This document shows, one piece after another, positions 27,164 to 37,083 of a stretch of 64,000 nucleotides of DNA; the stretch's first letter is position 1, and every line of letters starts with the position of its first letter. The stretch is from Spirochaetales bacterium (GTDB lineage: Bacteria > Spirochaetota > Spirochaetia > JC444 > Marispirochaetaceae). The notes below the pieces were generated by a model. It saw only the letters and a list, made by a program, of their open reading frames with translations, did not search any database and had not been told where the DNA came from. A program made the position numbers and the translations under genes. The stretch is taken from the NCBI GenBank assembly GCA_016935695.1, contig JAFGQL010000173.1:1735-65734 (forward strand), given 5' to 3'.

Positions 27164-28647
27164 TGGTTGTCGATGACGAAGAGCCGGTCCTGGACAGTTT
27201 TTCTTTCAGTATAGAAAAGCATATTTCCGGGTTTGTTCTGAGCGCAAAGGCCCGCAGCGGAACCGAGGCGATCGAACTCGCTGCGGAAGCGAAGCCCGAT
27301 GTGGTGTTCATGGATATACACATGCCCGGTATAGACGGCCTGGATACCATTATAGAAATGAGGAAACAGCATCCGGATACGGTCTTTATCCTTGCAACAG
27401 CCTATGAGCGTTTTGATATCGCCCAGAGGGCAATACCTCTGAATATTTTCAGTTATCTTGTCAAACCTATTACCCGCAGCATGCTGGTCGAAGAGTTCGG
27501 AAAAATAGCCGCACATCTCGACGAGGTCCGCCGCCGTCACAGCAGCCATCTGGAAGATGTGCAGCACGCGTATAAAAGCCGTCAGACAATCATGGAGCGT
27601 TTTTTATCGGGGATCATCTGGGAAAACCCCGGCCAGGACGAATGGGCTGAATTTTCAGCAGCGGCGGGGTTTTCTGCCGACAGCGGGGAGTTGTATCTGT
27701 TTGAAGCGGAAGGCTCAGGGAACGATGGAACAGTGACGCATGTGTATGATCAGCTTGATGAAAAAATAAAACGGAAGTATGTGAGTTACCGTTTTTGTTT
27801 TTCCGGACGTATGCTTCAACTGTTTCCTTCGTCTCAGGACATGACAAAACTGAAAAACTACTGTAGTGCCATGATAAACGAGTTTACCCATATACCCTTA
27901 AAGATGGGTATGAGCGGTCCCTCTTCATTTGATGAACTTCATGATGCCTACAGAAGAGCCTTTGCCCAGCTGCGGGCAGGGACCGAAGCATCCACGTCCT
28001 CTTTGGGTGAATACGACCTGACTGAAAAAATGTGTGCCCAGCTTCTTGGCGCTGATATAAAAGGGGGGGCGCGCGAATTCGAGCGTTACTGGACTGATGT
28101 TTTTTTAAAGGAAGATTTCCTCATTGCAAAGAGCAAGATGGTGGCCCTCTTTTCCATTCTGTTTTCCAGACTTGACCGGCATATCCTGGAGGCGGTTTCG
28201 GGCGAAATGAACCCGCCTGTGGATATCATGGGAATATCAAGTGTCAAAGAATGGAAGGTCTGGGCAAGGGAAGCATTGAAGTTCCTGGAAGCAGCCATAG
28301 TAAAGTATAAAAATGACATATACCCACCCCACTTGACCAAAGCGCTTGCCATTATTCACCGCCATTTCAGCCGGCCGATAAAGCTTACCGATATCGCCGA
28401 AGAATGCGGCATCACGTCCAGTTACCTAAGCCGCCTTTTTAGCGAGTATTTGAATACATCTTATGTTGATTATCTGAACAGCTTCCGGATTGAGCAGGCT
28501 CTTGTTCTTTTGAAAGAACAACACCTTTCGGTCAAAGAGACGGCTAAGCTGGTGGGGTATCAGGACCCAAATTATTTTTCCAGGATTTTCCGGCGCTATA
28601 CCAATATGTCGCCTACCGAAGTTTTTCACAGGAGGGTACTACGATGA
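27151..28647 (+). CDS. response regulator with AraC-type HTH output (YesN-like)
   Basis: MYRVMVVDDEEPV receiver N-terminus, phosphoacceptor context VVFMDIHMPGIDG. The C-terminal AraC HTH reads LTDIAEECGITSSYLSRLF...VGYQDPNYFSRIFRRYTNMSP. GTG start overlaps the kinase gene by 13 nt. Confidence 0.88.
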   Translation: MYRVMVVDDEEPVLDSFSFSIEKHISGFVLSAKARSGTEAIELAAEAKPDVVFMDIHMPGIDGLDTIIEMRKQHPDTVFILATAYERFDIAQRAIPLNIFSYLVKPITRSMLVEEFGKIAAHLDEVRRRHSSHLEDVQHAYKSRQTIMERFLSGIIWENPGQDEWAEFSAAAGFSADSGELYLFEAEGSGNDGTVTHVYDQLDEKIKRKYVSYRFCFSGRMLQLFPSSQDMTKLKNYCSAMINEFTHIPLKMGMSGPSSFDELHDAYRRAFAQLRAGTEASTSSLGEYDLTEKMCAQLLGADIKGGAREFERYWTDVFLKEDFLIAKSKMVALFSILFSRLDRHILEAVSGEMNPPVDIMGISSVKEWKVWAREALKFLEAAIVKYKNDIYPPHLTKALAIIHRHFSRPIKLTDIAEECGITSSYLSRLFSEYLNTSYVDYLNSFRIEQALVLLKEQHLSVKETAKLVGYQDPNYFSRIFRRYTNMSPTEVFHRRVLR

Positions 28648-29684
28648 AACTGTACATGACCACACGGTTGGCGGTCTGCTTTCTTCTGCTGCTCCTGCCT
28701 GCATTATTTTCTTGCAAGAAGACGGAAGAAACCGCCGGGCGTTCCATACGGATCGGTTTTTCCACTGCTTCTGACACCTTTCTTCTGGAACGCTGGAACA
28801 AGGACATAAAAATTTTCATGAATGTGGCCCGGGAGATGGGGGCCGAAGTGATTCTGGCCAAATCACCGGGAAACTATCAGGGACAGATTCCCCAGATACA
28901 GTACTTATTCGAACAGGACATCGATGTTCTTGTGGTTATCCCCCAGGACATGGAGCTTTTGTCCGGGGTTATCAAGAAAATCATGGACAAGGGAATTCCG
29001 GTGCTGTCCTACGACCGGCCAATTATGAATATTCCCATAACCGGATATGTCTCTTTTGACAATCGGGAAGTCGGACGGCTTCTGGCCAGAGCGCTTATTA
29101 AAGAGGTCCCAACAGGTAATTACCTGCTGGTAAACGGGTCTGTACGGGACAATAACAGTTATGAAGTGAACCGGGGGGTTTACGATATTCTTGGTCCCCG
29201 CATCGAAGCTGGCCTGATCAGAAAGGTAGACGAAATATGGCTGGAGAACTGGAGTTTTGACGAAGCAAAGGAAAAAATCGGGGAAGTGCTGAACCGCACC
29301 CAGGACATAGACGCCATTTCCTGTGCCAATGATCAGATTGCCGATGCCGCCATTCGGTTATTGGCAGAGCGGCGGCTTGCGGGGAAAGTTGCTGTCGTAG
29401 GTCAGGATGCTGACCTCCTTTCATGTCAGAGGGTCGTGGAAGGAACCCAGCTCATGACGGTGTACAAACCTTTACAGCAGCTCGCCGGGAGGGCTGCCGA
29501 GCTGGCGGTCGAACTGGCCAAAGGCAACCTTCCTAAGCCCGATCAGTTTATTAATAACAACAGCGGCGTAGAAATCCCTTTTTATGTAGAAGTTCCGATT
29601 GCCGTATATAAAGAGCAGATGGATTCCATCATCATAAAAGACGGGTTTCACTCCCGTGAAGATGTCTACCGGAATATACAATAG
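28644..29684 (+). CDS. periplasmic sugar-binding lipoprotein, XylFII-like sensor partner candidate
   Basis: ATGA overlap with the regulator gene. The signal peptide ends in the lipobox LLPALFSCKK. Type-I PBP fold (IRIGFSTASDTFLLERW...VLVVIPQD...VLSYDRPI). Confidence 0.75.
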   Translation: MKLYMTTRLAVCFLLLLLPALFSCKKTEETAGRSIRIGFSTASDTFLLERWNKDIKIFMNVAREMGAEVILAKSPGNYQGQIPQIQYLFEQDIDVLVVIPQDMELLSGVIKKIMDKGIPVLSYDRPIMNIPITGYVSFDNREVGRLLARALIKEVPTGNYLLVNGSVRDNNSYEVNRGVYDILGPRIEAGLIRKVDEIWLENWSFDEAKEKIGEVLNRTQDIDAISCANDQIADAAIRLLAERRLAGKVAVVGQDADLLSCQRVVEGTQLMTVYKPLQQLAGRAAELAVELAKGNLPKPDQFINNNSGVEIPFYVEVPIAVYKEQMDSIIIKDGFHSREDVYRNIQ

Positions 29685-29837
29685 TACCAGACAATTATGA
29701 TGTCAAAATAATGCTTCCTTTTTCTGTTAATTCTTCCGGATGTGTAGATCTGTAACCCAAAGTGCATAGAAATCCTGTTTCCTGTCCGGAAAAACCGTGA
29801 GAGAATTGCGGGTACCATATTAAACAAGGAGTGTTTT

Positions 29838-30947
29838 ATGAAAAGAGTATTGCTGATCACATTGATCGCAGTCATGGCTGCCGGCGGCGCAGTGTTCGCA
29901 GCAGGAAGCCAGGATCAGAGCGGCGGTCTGGACATTGGTATTGCCATGCCCGAAACCCACGTTCTGCGATGGGTAACTGACGGAAAAAAACTGCAGGAAA
30001 ATGCAACCAAGCTTGGTTACAATGCGGAAGTTGTGTGGGCCGACGGCGACCAGACCAAGCAGAACAAGCAGATTGAAGACTTTATTACCAAAGGCGCAAA
30101 ACTGATTGTTGTCGCATCCATCAATACCGGTATCAACACTGTTTTGGCGGATGCCGCGAAAGCAGGAATTGAAATCATTTCCTACGACCGGCTTTTAATG
30201 GATTCCGGCGACTTCAATTACTATACCACCTTCAACCTTAAAAAAGTCGGTTTCCTTCAGGCAACGGCTATCGAACAGGCTCTCGACCTCAAGAACGCAA
30301 AAGAGCCCCAGTACATTACCCTGTTCGCAGGATCCCCCACCGACAACAATGCGTATTTCTTTTATGACGGCGCAATGGAAGTCCTGAATCCCTACATCGC
30401 ATCCGGAAAGCTTGTTGTAGTAGGTCCTTATCCTAAAACATCAGCTGACAAAACCAATTTTCAGCGCATTGCAACCGAAGGCTGGAGAGCGGAAAATGCG
30501 AAAGCACGTATGGAAAACCTTCTTACCAACGACGCGAAAGACGTAGTTCTGGACGCAGTACTTGCACCGAACGATCCGGTAGGCCGCGCAATTGTTGAAG
30601 CATGTTCAAACGATGCAAAATATGACACCATCGAAAAACTGCCCATCATCACCGGCCAGGACGGGGAACTTCCCACTGTTCAGTACATTCTGGAAAACAA
30701 ACAGTACATGACTGTTTTCAAGGATTCCCGGCTTCTTGCAGATGCGACCATCCAGCTTGCAGACGCAATCCTGAAGGGACAAACTCCCAACATCCCCGGA
30801 ACCGAAAAAACAACCTTCAACACCAATGTGAAGGACGTAACCACATACCTTCTTGACCCGATTCTCGTTACCAAAGACAACGTGAAGAAAGTCATTATCG
30901 ACAGCGGCTACTATACCGCCGATGAACTGAAGAGTATCGGTCAATAA
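29838..30947 (+). CDS. sugar ABC transporter substrate-binding protein (ChvE/multiple-sugar type)
   Basis: Signal peptide MKRVLLITLIAVMAAGGAVFA. IGIAMPETHVLRWVTDGKKL...IISYDRLL is the ChvE/XylF-like pattern. RBS AAGGAG lies upstream. Confidence 0.82.
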   Translation: MKRVLLITLIAVMAAGGAVFAAGSQDQSGGLDIGIAMPETHVLRWVTDGKKLQENATKLGYNAEVVWADGDQTKQNKQIEDFITKGAKLIVVASINTGINTVLADAAKAGIEIISYDRLLMDSGDFNYYTTFNLKKVGFLQATAIEQALDLKNAKEPQYITLFAGSPTDNNAYFFYDGAMEVLNPYIASGKLVVVGPYPKTSADKTNFQRIATEGWRAENAKARMENLLTNDAKDVVLDAVLAPNDPVGRAIVEACSNDAKYDTIEKLPIITGQDGELPTVQYILENKQYMTVFKDSRLLADATIQLADAILKGQTPNIPGTEKTTFNTNVKDVTTYLLDPILVTKDNVKKVIIDSGYYTADELKSIGQ

Positions 30948-31021
30948 GCACTTACAATGCCTAGGAAGGCGGCGCCATATAATGGCGTCGTCTTCATCTT
31001 TGCTTTAGGGAACGTGAATAC

Positions 31022-32563
31022 ATGAACGATCAATATATTCTTGAAGTGAAAAATCTCACCAAAGACTTTCCCGGGGTGCGGGCTCTTGACGATGTGAATT
31101 TCAGTGTCCGGCGCGGAGAGATTCATTGCCTTTGCGGAGAAAACGGAGCAGGAAAGTCCACCCTGATGAACGTCATCAGCGGTGTGCATCCTTACGGCAG
31201 CTACGAGGGGCAGGTGTTTTTTCATGGAAAAGAGGCCCATTACAAGAGTGTAAAGGATTCTGAAAAGGACAATTTGGCCATTATCCATCAGGAGCTGGCT
31301 TTAAGCCCCTACCTGTCCATTTACGAAAACATTTTTCTTGGACATATAAAACCGAAGTTCGGCGTGATCAACTGGTCCGAACTGATTGTCGCGTCAAAAC
31401 AGTATCTGGACAAAGTGGGGCTTCACGAAGATCCGGATACCGTTGTGAGCAAAATGGGTGTTGGCAAGCAGCAGCTTGTCGAAATTGCCCGGGCACTATC
31501 AAAGAAAGTTGAGCTTTTAATCCTCGACGAACCTACATCGTCGCTGAATGATGCGGAAAGTGAAAAGCTGTTGCAGCTGATCCTTGAACTCAAAAAAGAA
31601 GGGATCACCTGCATCATGATTTCCCACAAACTCAATGAAGTGCTGGAAATCGCTGATTCCATCACGGTCCTGCGTGATGGAAAGACCATTAAAAGTTTCG
31701 ACACAAACGCCGCCAAAGTATCCGAAGCCGAGCTTATTCAACACATGGTCGGCAGGGACATGACCCACCGCTTTCCCGAAAAGAAACACCAGATCAGCGA
31801 CGAGGTGATTCTGGAAGTGGAAGACTGGACGGTATTTCACCCTGAATACCCGGATCTCGCGGTGGTGAAAGGCGCGTCTTTTAGACTGCGGAAGGGTGAA
31901 ATTCTCGCTTTCTGCGGTCCGATGGGAGCCGGGCGGACCGAACTGATGATGAGTTTGTTCGGAAGATCCTATGGTTCGCGATGTTCCGGTACCGTCAAAA
32001 TAGACGGCAAGGAGCACATCTTTCATACGCCCAAGAATGCCATATCGGCTGGGCTGGGATATGTATCCGAAGACCGGAAGGGACTGGGTCTCATCCTAAT
32101 TCAGGATGTGAAGACCAATATATCCAATTCCAGTCTGGACAAACTATCAGTCTACGGAGTGGTAAACAAGCATGAGGAGATCATGGCGGCTGAGAAATAC
32201 CGGAAATCACTGGGTATAAAAACACCGTCGATCGATCAGATGGTAAAAAACTTAAGCGGCGGGAATCAGCAGAAGGTGGTTTTAAGCCGGTGTCTGTTGG
32301 CAGGACCGTCCATTTTCATCGTGGATGAGCCTACCCGCGGCATTGACGTCGGCGCCAAATACGAAATTTACTGCATCCTCAACGACCTGGTTGCATCAGG
32401 AAAAAGCGTTATTATGATTTCATCTGAAATGCCCGAAGCGATCGGCATGGCCGACCGCATATATGTAATGAATGAAGGCCGTATTAAAGGCGAAATTTCC
32501 CGGGAAGAAGCGTCCCAGGAAAAAATCATGACAATGGCATTACAGAAAACTCAGGAGAAATAA
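31022..32563 (+). CDS. sugar ABC transporter ATP-binding protein, duplicated NBD (GguA/MglA/XylG type)
   Basis: 513 aa with two NBDs. First Walker A GENGAGKST, LILDEPTSSLN. Second signature LSGGNQQK, FIVDEPTRGID. Confidence 0.9.
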   Translation: MNDQYILEVKNLTKDFPGVRALDDVNFSVRRGEIHCLCGENGAGKSTLMNVISGVHPYGSYEGQVFFHGKEAHYKSVKDSEKDNLAIIHQELALSPYLSIYENIFLGHIKPKFGVINWSELIVASKQYLDKVGLHEDPDTVVSKMGVGKQQLVEIARALSKKVELLILDEPTSSLNDAESEKLLQLILELKKEGITCIMISHKLNEVLEIADSITVLRDGKTIKSFDTNAAKVSEAELIQHMVGRDMTHRFPEKKHQISDEVILEVEDWTVFHPEYPDLAVVKGASFRLRKGEILAFCGPMGAGRTELMMSLFGRSYGSRCSGTVKIDGKEHIFHTPKNAISAGLGYVSEDRKGLGLILIQDVKTNISNSSLDKLSVYGVVNKHEEIMAAEKYRKSLGIKTPSIDQMVKNLSGGNQQKVVLSRCLLAGPSIFIVDEPTRGIDVGAKYEIYCILNDLVASGKSVIMISSEMPEAIGMADRIYVMNEGRIKGEISREEASQEKIMTMALQKTQEK

Positions 32564-33796
32564 ATGATTGACAGCAGAGAACAAAGCGCTTTACGCACAT
32601 TTCTGGATGTGGCGAAAGCGAATATGCGGAATTACTCAATGTTCCTTGTACTTGCCCTGATCATGATAGGATTCGCGGTGCTGACGAACGGAGTAAATCT
32701 GCATCCAAGGAATTTTACCTACATTTTTATTCAGAACAGTTATATTCTCATTCTTGCAGTGGGAATGGTGCTGGTTATTATTGTCGGAAACATCGATCTT
32801 TCCGTTGGTTCGCTCACCGCTTTTACCGGAGCAATGGCGGCCATCTTTTTTAACAGGATGGGGCTTGGGTTCGCCGCAACGGTTGCGCTTACTCTGTTTG
32901 TCGGCCTTCTTGTCGGTGTGTATCAGGGGTATTTTATTGCTTTTGTAAAGATACCGGCATTTATTGTTACCCTGGCCGGAATGATGCTGTTCAGAGGGCT
33001 TACCTACATTGTCACCCGTGTGACACCCATCACCCCAAGAACCGATATCTTTAAAAACACCGCATCGGGTACGCTTGACGTGCTGTACATCATGCGGATG
33101 GCTCCCAACAACAGGGGCGTCATGGTAGAGCAGGCCTTCCATCTTCTTCCATTGATTCTTGGCGCACTGATCGTCGTGTTGATGGTGGTATTCGGCATGC
33201 GCGACCGCAGGAACAAAATAAAGAATGATTTCCATGTGCTTCCGGTTGGATATTTCATAGCCAAACAGGTATTCATGGCGGCTATCCTTATGTACCTGAG
33301 CTATAAGTTTGCCTTGTACCGCGGTCTGCCCAATGTGTTCATCATTCTTGGAATAACAGTCGTCATTTTTACATTTATTACGAACAATACTGTCTTCGGC
33401 CGTTATATTTATGCTGTAGGCGGGAATGCCCGGTCAGCCAAGCTTTCCGGCATTAACTCGGAACGTGTCATCTTTTTCGTCCATGTCATCATGGGAATGT
33501 TATGCGGTCTTTCGGGTATCGTGTTTACCGGCTACATGAACTCGGCCCTTCCCGATGCAGGAAAGGACTTTGAACTCGAAGCAATTGCCGCCTGTTTTAT
33601 CGGAGGAGCTTCCACGACCGGAGGAGTCGGTACGATTATCGGCGCCATGATGGGCGGTCTTGTCATGGGGGTCATTAATAACGGTATGTCACTGATGAGT
33701 ATAGGAGCTAACTGGCAGTACGTAGTAAAGGCTTCGGTTCTGTTGCTGGCTGTCTGGTACGATATCTATACACGGAAGAAATCCGGACTCGGTTAA
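32564..33796 (+). CDS. sugar ABC transporter permease (GguB/XylH type)
   Basis: 410-aa polytopic membrane protein. It starts 1 nt after the ATPase stop. The C-terminal GGASTTGGVGTIIGA motif is typical of the family. Confidence 0.88.
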   Translation: MIDSREQSALRTFLDVAKANMRNYSMFLVLALIMIGFAVLTNGVNLHPRNFTYIFIQNSYILILAVGMVLVIIVGNIDLSVGSLTAFTGAMAAIFFNRMGLGFAATVALTLFVGLLVGVYQGYFIAFVKIPAFIVTLAGMMLFRGLTYIVTRVTPITPRTDIFKNTASGTLDVLYIMRMAPNNRGVMVEQAFHLLPLILGALIVVLMVVFGMRDRRNKIKNDFHVLPVGYFIAKQVFMAAILMYLSYKFALYRGLPNVFIILGITVVIFTFITNNTVFGRYIYAVGGNARSAKLSGINSERVIFFVHVIMGMLCGLSGIVFTGYMNSALPDAGKDFELEAIAACFIGGASTTGGVGTIIGAMMGGLVMGVINNGMSLMSIGANWQYVVKASVLLLAVWYDIYTRKKSGLG

Positions 33797-33826
33797 TAAT
33801 AATCAGGCTTTTGTCATCTCCTTTTT

Positions 33827-33859
33827 CCGTCCGGGGCTTGTCCCCGGGCGGTTTTTTTT
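33827..33859 (+). terminator. intrinsic terminator of the sugar ABC operon
   Basis: A 10-bp stem CCGTCCGGGG / CCCCGGGCGG (one G-U pair) with loop CTTGT, followed by eight T (33852-33859). Confidence 0.8.
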
Positions 33860-34679
33860 AAAAGCCGCGTTCTTTCCGTATCTGATCGTATGCAGCCTGA
33901 ATTTCCTGAAATTTCCGGGTAGCCACATCCACGAATTCCTCGGGCAGACCTTTTGCCATGACCTTGTCGGGATGGTTTTCTGCAACAAGCCTGCGGTAGT
34001 TTTTCTTGATTGTTTCGTCGCTGTCACTGGGGGTGCAGTTCAGAATTGCATAGTGACGGTCTGTCACCGTCACGTACCGTTCTTTTATACGGTCATAGCG
34101 CCATTGTTCAAAACGGAAAATCCGCGCTATTTCCAGGATGAGGCGGCCTTCCGGCTTACTCACTTTACCGTCAGAGTTGGCTACCCTGAACAGTATGTCC
34201 AATAAGAGCTCAAGCATCTGCGGCTGGGACGAGAAGGCTTTGTAGAATTGGGAAGCGATATCTTCAAAAGGTTCCCGGGAGGACAGAGCGGAATTGAAAA
34301 TCTGTTTTGCCGAGGCCATACTGCCCGGGTCCAGGCGCAGGTCGTTCCGCATGAAGGAGTCTACTGCACGGAGCTCTACTTCGCGGACCTCTCCGTCTGC
34401 CTTTATAAGTTTGGCTAACAGGGAAAAAGTTCCGACAAAAAATGTCATTTGTTCGTATTCGGTTGTGTTCAGCCTGCGGGTGGCGTAACCGGAAAACCGG
34501 GAGTTTTCAAAGCCGAAAAGGTCATCGGGATCAAAACCCCAGCGGCGGTTTTCGTCAATGCGGTCAAATTCCTTGGATTTATCAAAGGCATGACCAAAGG
34601 CCGCTCCGGCAATTGCCCCCAAGGGCCCCCCGAACATTAGACCCAGGGTTCCGCCTACTATTTTTCCTAACCAGCCCAT
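33858..34679 (-). CDS. djlA: co-chaperone DjlA (TM anchor + TerB-like domain + C-terminal J domain)
   Basis: Glycine-zipper N-terminal helix MGWLGKIVGGTLGLMFGGPLGAIAGAAFG, a central TerB-like region and a C-terminal J domain YAILNCTPSDSDETIKKNYRRLVAENHPDK. Confidence 0.85.
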   Translation of the reverse strand: MGWLGKIVGGTLGLMFGGPLGAIAGAAFGHAFDKSKEFDRIDENRRWGFDPDDLFGFENSRFSGYATRRLNTTEYEQMTFFVGTFSLLAKLIKADGEVREVELRAVDSFMRNDLRLDPGSMASAKQIFNSALSSREPFEDIASQFYKAFSSQPQMLELLLDILFRVANSDGKVSKPEGRLILEIARIFRFEQWRYDRIKERYVTVTDRHYAILNCTPSDSDETIKKNYRRLVAENHPDKVMAKGLPEEFVDVATRKFQEIQAAYDQIRKERGF

Positions 34680-34712
34680 GAATACCTTCTCATGCCAATT
34701 AAGATACTCATC

Positions 34713-36140
34713 CTATAGCTTGTCGATCAACATGGAACATTTCCCCGAGGGTATGGGGAGGGTTTTCTTTTTCTTCTCGCCTAAAATATGAATGGTGAAG
34801 TAGTAGAGTTTTTCCGATTCCAGGCGGATCTCCCACCCTCTGCCGCTTTTGTTGGAGAGGATGGTTATCATGTTCCTTTTGAGCGATAAATCTTCTATTC
34901 CCATTATTTCCAGAGTGGGAATGATCCAGTCGACAGTTTTCCGCGGAAGGCTGATATACAGCCCGACGATGTTTTCTATCATGACAGTGATGGATGACAG
35001 TGCCGCGTAGGTAAGGAACAGAGGCCGCGGCCAGTCATGTTTTCCCTGCCAGGTTGCGGGTCCTTCCGTCAGGGGTTTGTAGGCCTCGTAGATGTTTCCC
35101 TTTTTCTTTTTATCTTCGGGATGCAGGGCGTCGAGCATATAGTAAATATGGCGGATGGCACATTCCCTGGCCAGGTCGTAGCGGTCGTACTTTTCCAGTC
35201 CCTTTATGACGATGAAATTGAATACCGGAATCACAGCGCCGCGGCAGCCCTTGCCTTCCTCGCAGAAATCCGGTTCATCCGCCGCGAGGGTCGGAAAGGG
35301 ATTGTCGGTTCCGAAGGTTTCCGGATTCCGTAAATGATCGATGAGCCGGTTGGCTTTTTCCTCGTTGGGCAGCTCAGCCAGCAGCGGCCAGAATCCCGCA
35401 ATGGTTTTTGGGGAAAGCCGTTTTTCATCCTTGTCCAGATCATGGTAAAAGCCGGTGGCCTCGTCCCACATCAAGCTGTTAATCCGGGTTTTCAAGGAGA
35501 AATAATTCCGCTTGTACTTGAACGCCAGTTCCTTGTCATTCAGGACATCGCCGATGGCGGACATATACAGGGCATTGATTGCCTGCTGGGTATTGAAGTC
35601 GATGGGATAATATGCATCTTCCCGGGGTGATCCGGGCATTTTCAGGGCCGAATACGGCGCGTGATAGAGTCCGTTTTCCTGGCGGAAGGTTTCCTCTACC
35701 CAGGAATAGTATTTTTCCAGGATTGGCATTACGTCTCTGAGGCGTTTTTTGTTCCCTTCCTTGTGAAACAGATTGAACTCCGCAAAGGAAAACAAGGGAG
35801 CCTCAATCCCCTCGGGGTTATCCCTGGATTTGACCTGCTTTCCGCTATCGACGGAGTACATCCCCCTAATGGCGCCGTTTGCTTCCTGTTTTGCGTAAAA
35901 ATTGTCCAGACTCGGAGTCGCGGGGAAATTGCGGTTGGAAAATACCAGAAAGAAGGTTGCCATACAGGATTCAAACTGGCTCACATAGTCCTGTTCCGGG
36001 TAGTTGAAAAACCTGGGAGAGAAGCCGTTTTCTTTTGTGCCTTTTGCCCAGAAATCGTCCAGCCAGGCCCATGAGCGTTCATAGAGATCCACAAAGTCTT
36101 GATCATAAAAATGGACGGAAGGAAAACCCTGTTTAAACAC
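34713..36140 (-). CDS. glycoside hydrolase, (alpha/alpha)6-barrel, GH63/MGH1/trehalase-like
   Basis: The track ORF runs to 36212. AAGGAG (complement of 36146-36151) followed 5 nt later by GTG (36140) gives (M)FKQGFPSVHFYDQDF. The family call rests on overall sequence character (WDEATGFYHDLD...FWPLLAELP...GAVIPVFNFIVIKGL). Confidence 0.55.
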   Translation of the reverse strand: MFKQGFPSVHFYDQDFVDLYERSWAWLDDFWAKGTKENGFSPRFFNYPEQDYVSQFESCMATFFLVFSNRNFPATPSLDNFYAKQEANGAIRGMYSVDSGKQVKSRDNPEGIEAPLFSFAEFNLFHKEGNKKRLRDVMPILEKYYSWVEETFRQENGLYHAPYSALKMPGSPREDAYYPIDFNTQQAINALYMSAIGDVLNDKELAFKYKRNYFSLKTRINSLMWDEATGFYHDLDKDEKRLSPKTIAGFWPLLAELPNEEKANRLIDHLRNPETFGTDNPFPTLAADEPDFCEEGKGCRGAVIPVFNFIVIKGLEKYDRYDLARECAIRHIYYMLDALHPEDKKKKGNIYEAYKPLTEGPATWQGKHDWPRPLFLTYAALSSITVMIENIVGLYISLPRKTVDWIIPTLEIMGIEDLSLKRNMITILSNKSGRGWEIRLESEKLYYFTIHILGEKKKKTLPIPSGKCSMLIDKL

Positions 36141-36501
36141 AAAAACTCCTTGTCGATGTGCGGCTATGTACCAGCCGTTTGCAGGCAACAGCACAGCGAA
36201 TACAGTATACACGTATCATCTATTCGTGACTTACGTTATTGCACTCTGATACTTGAGAATCGTATGATAGAGACAGGTATATCAAAAGATTATAACGTAG
36301 ATAGGTTGAAAAAGGTACTAATAATATGCGTAATAATCAAATTCCAGAAGGCACTATATCAGGAAAATGTACGATGTGTAAATATGAACCCGGTGGATAC
36401 CTCACGATTGAAGGGCCAATTTTGATACAATCAATGTTTCTTTTGCCGTTGGTGTCCCGATGTCCATTACACTTAAGTATAGATGAAACCGGAAAGAACG
36501 C

Positions 36502-36529
36502 AAAAAAACCGCCGGGAAATCCCGGCGGT
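36502..36529 (-). terminator. intrinsic terminator after the small lipoprotein gene (bidirectional shape)
   Basis: ACCGCCGGG-AAAT-CCCGGCGGT, a perfect 9-bp stem. On the minus strand it is followed by a T-run (complement of the A-run at 36502-36508). TTTT also follows it on the plus strand. Confidence 0.85.
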
Positions 36530-36552
36530 TTTGGTTAATGGTTTTTTCCTAG

Positions 36553-36966
36553 TTATGAACCGACAGTGTAGTTGTAGCCGTTAGCTTCTACCGGGAAGCT
36601 TGTTGCAGTATCCGGCTCTGTGAATTTGATTGTTTCAATCGGTCCGCCCGACAAAGACATATCATATGTTGTATCAGCAGCATCATTAGTTGACATCGTA
36701 CCAGACATGGTTGTGTAGCTATCAGAATAGTCACTGATATCGAAATTGCTGAAAGTAATGTCTTCAGTAAATAGATTTATAGAAACGCCTTCTGCACCGG
36801 CAAGTGCCCCAAGCATCCCAAACGCAGCTGATAGCGTTACAGCAGCTACAGCTTCTTCAACTTCAGCCTGGGTAGGCTCATACTTATTTGCTTCTGCAAC
36901 ATCACAACCAGAAAAACTAGCCGCGATAAAAAGGACTGCTAATACTAAAGATACAACTCGTTTCAT
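36553..36966 (-). CDS. small lipoprotein, unknown function
   Basis: MKRVVSLVLAVLFIAASFSGCDV is a signal peptide plus lipobox. 137 aa, Thr/Ser/Asp-rich, in an AT-rich gene. Confidence 0.7.
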   Translation of the reverse strand: MKRVVSLVLAVLFIAASFSGCDVAEANKYEPTQAEVEEAVAAVTLSAAFGMLGALAGAEGVSINLFTEDITFSNFDISDYSDSYTTMSGTMSTNDAADTTYDMSLSGGPIETIKFTEPDTATSFPVEANGYNYTVGS

Positions 36967-37083
36967 ATCTCCTCCAGAGAATTTTGTGTACTCTAATTGT
37001 ACTCCGTTATAAGGTCTGTTACAAATTGTTTTTTAAGATATTGACAACATTTGTAATTAGGAATATCTGATCTAAGTACGATT

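Noticed and set aside
36326-36538. A 70-aa ORF (MRNNQIPEGTISGKCTMCKYEPGG...) in the AT-rich gap, considered as a possible small Cys-containing peptide gene.
   Set aside because: It has no RBS. It runs straight through the strong terminator hairpin at 36508-36529 and ends in translated hairpin sequence (PPGNPGGFG). It is most likely not a gene.
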